DNA of 64,000 nucleotides from Lophium mytilinum (Eukaryota): NCBI GenBank assembly GCA_010093605.1, contig MU004187.1, positions 62,001 to 126,000 of the forward strand, read 5' to 3'. Shown piece by piece: positions 62,124 to 64,000 of this stretch (position 1 is its first letter; each line of letters starts with the position of its first letter). The notes under the pieces were generated by a model. It saw only the letters and a program-made list of their open reading frames with translations, ran no database searches and was not told where the DNA came from. The position numbers and the translations under genes were made by a program.

Positions 62124-62541
62124 GAGAGGTGGCGGGGTTGGGTTGGGTATAGCTGGAAGATCGGATTGTGGGAATGGTTTATGGGGAAAACATTCCTGGG
62201 AAGCAAGAGGTGGCATGTTAGGCATAAGTTTGGGCACTTCTTGCAAATGCTTCGGGCACCCCGATAGGCCATAAGTTTTTAATGACGATACGAAGGCTGA
62301 CACAGCCATTAGACCACGGGTACATCGCTAGCAAGGCTGTCTTACCGCGCACCACGTCCACGGCCACAAGCTCTGCTATTACCGGGCGAACTCAGCAAGC
62401 CAGTTTACCAGTAACACTTGTAGTAGCTCCCCTCATAGCTTTTTCTAGAATCTATGCTGAAGTAATGTCGTGAATTGGTTGGATCTTACCACGTGAATAG
62501 ATTCACTTGCTCTCTTCGAACTTTCCCCTCTCATCTTTCAG

Positions 62542-63903
62542 CTACTCTGAATCATCCTCATCAATCCCAAGCTCCATCCCACCCATCCAATCTACCAATC
62601 CCTCCTCATCTTCCCACTGCTCTCCCTCCCCTCCATCCCGAGCCACTCCCGCATCTACCGCAGGACAACACCTTGAACACTCCCCCTCACAATCCACCTC
62701 CTGCCGATGCCGCCACTCCCAGCCAGTCATAAGATTCACAACGATCTTATTCGCGCCCAGAAATCGTCCCCCCGGCGCAGCGTCCAGCCTTTTCTTCACA
62801 GCGAGGAATTTCTGCACGTACACACTCCAGTTCTCAGCCCGCTCACCCCGCAGCATCGCAGCCGTTGGCCCAGTCCAGCTATCCAGTGACCGGTCCAGGG
62901 TGATGTCCACGGTGGCGAGCAGCGAGCGCACGTCGTGCTCGTACGCGAGGCGTTGCCTTATGGTGCCAGTGGAGAGAAACAGATCCACTGGAACCTTCAA
63001 TGGGATCCAGACCCTACGCGACACGGGATTCGTCGCAGCTTTCTCAACCTCACGGGCGAGGTAGTAGAGACCTGATGGACGGACTTCCGGCACTGGTTCT
63101 TCCTCCGCGACATCCTCGTTCTCGAAGAGCTCCGTCGCCGTCGCGTCGGTATCCTCGCCGTACGCAGCCTCGAAAGCGTCCTCGTCCTCCTCTTCAACTG
63201 CAGCCTCCTGCTCAGCCTCTGCGGCCAAACCCGCCGCCGTTTCTCTCGCTATATCCGCAACCTCCCTCCCCTCCTCTCCGGGGAGTTTCACCACCCCCTT
63301 TCCCGCGGGTACCCCTCTAAGCGCTAGAAACGGCAAAAGCACATTCACCAAATTCGAGTCGCCAGCATCAAACTGCAGCACCGACCGCAACCCAAACACG
63401 ACAGGCCGGTCCGGCATCCGGCTCCACTCACACCGGCCCCCTCTCCCCGTGCCATCAATTACCACCGGCGGCAGCGGCGCGGGTGAGTTATTCAACACCC
63501 CCACAAATGCTGCGATATTCCGCCGTATGAGGAGGAGGCGTCCCGCATCGTCTTCCCTTGGCGGGTTGACAGCGATCCTGATCTCCGAGCAGAAAGAAAA
63601 GTCAGGCTTCTCCCACTCCTCGCGGAACGCCCAGGGCGGGTGGTTCGAGGACCAGCCGGTCGCGGTGATGAGGATGTGCAGGGTGCGGTTGTTGCGGTGG
63701 AGCTCTTCGATTTCGCGCCAGATGGAGCGGGAGGCCCGGGCTGCGCCGGCGGGGATGTAGGGGTCGTGGTGGGTGGTGTGGAGGAGGCGCGGGGGTGTGG
63801 TGATGTGGGAGCAGTAAGGGAAGGGGAGGTAGGAGTAGATTTGCCAGCGGAGCTCGAGCGGTAGTTTGTTTAAGGTGCCGAGGGCGAGGTCGGCGAAGGG
63901 CAT
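62542..63903 (-). CDS. F-box-like hypothetical protein
   Basis: LGTLNKLPLELRWQIYSYL...RASRSIWREI N-terminus; 453-codon ATG ORF. Confidence 0.7.
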   Translation of the reverse strand: MPFADLALGTLNKLPLELRWQIYSYLPFPYCSHITTPPRLLHTTHHDPYIPAGAARASRSIWREIEELHRNNRTLHILITATGWSSNHPPWAFREEWEKPDFSFCSEIRIAVNPPREDDAGRLLLIRRNIAAFVGVLNNSPAPLPPVVIDGTGRGGRCEWSRMPDRPVVFGLRSVLQFDAGDSNLVNVLLPFLALRGVPAGKGVVKLPGEEGREVADIARETAAGLAAEAEQEAAVEEEDEDAFEAAYGEDTDATATELFENEDVAEEEPVPEVRPSGLYYLAREVEKAATNPVSRRVWIPLKVPVDLFLSTGTIRQRLAYEHDVRSLLATVDITLDRSLDSWTGPTAAMLRGERAENWSVYVQKFLAVKKRLDAAPGGRFLGANKIVVNLMTGWEWRHRQEVDCEGECSRCCPAVDAGVARDGGEGEQWEDEEGLVDWMGGMELGIDEDDSE

Positions 63904-64000
63904 TTTGAGGGTTGGAGAACGGGCAGAGTATTAGAGGAATTGGATAGGAGATAGAGGTTTGAAGGTAAACGAAGAGAAGGGAGAAGTCCAATTAAAAGAC

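Overview
Gene-dense, intron-containing genomic DNA from a filamentous ascomycete (Pezizomycotina-type GT..AG introns with CTAAC/CTGAC branch sites); about 30 protein-coding loci. No rRNA, tRNA, CRISPR array or intact transposon was recognised. Housekeeping genes: VMA1 (partial, no intein), a NAP/Vps75 chaperone, mitochondrial bL27, AMACR, TFG2, CWC24, RPS11, ENP1, SSF1, RPC31, YIH1, DIM1 and MCR1. Interspersed accessory genes look like cell-death or innate-immunity modules: a ~1326-aa stonustoxin-like MACPF protein fused to a septin/AIG1-like GTPase (best candidate for an undescribed system), a compact gasdermin-like ORF, a helical-N-term/NACHT/ankyrin NLR directly downstream of an orphan Pol-beta nucleotidyltransferase, and an ankyrin relic. 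Also present: a DUF1826-like dioxygenase, a protein with five Cys4 repeats, a hairpin-bearing 106-bp tandem array, a 16-bp element repeated in the promoter and long intron of a Zn2Cys6 factor, and a frameshifted pseudogene. All family calls come from motif recognition by eye; no database search was run.
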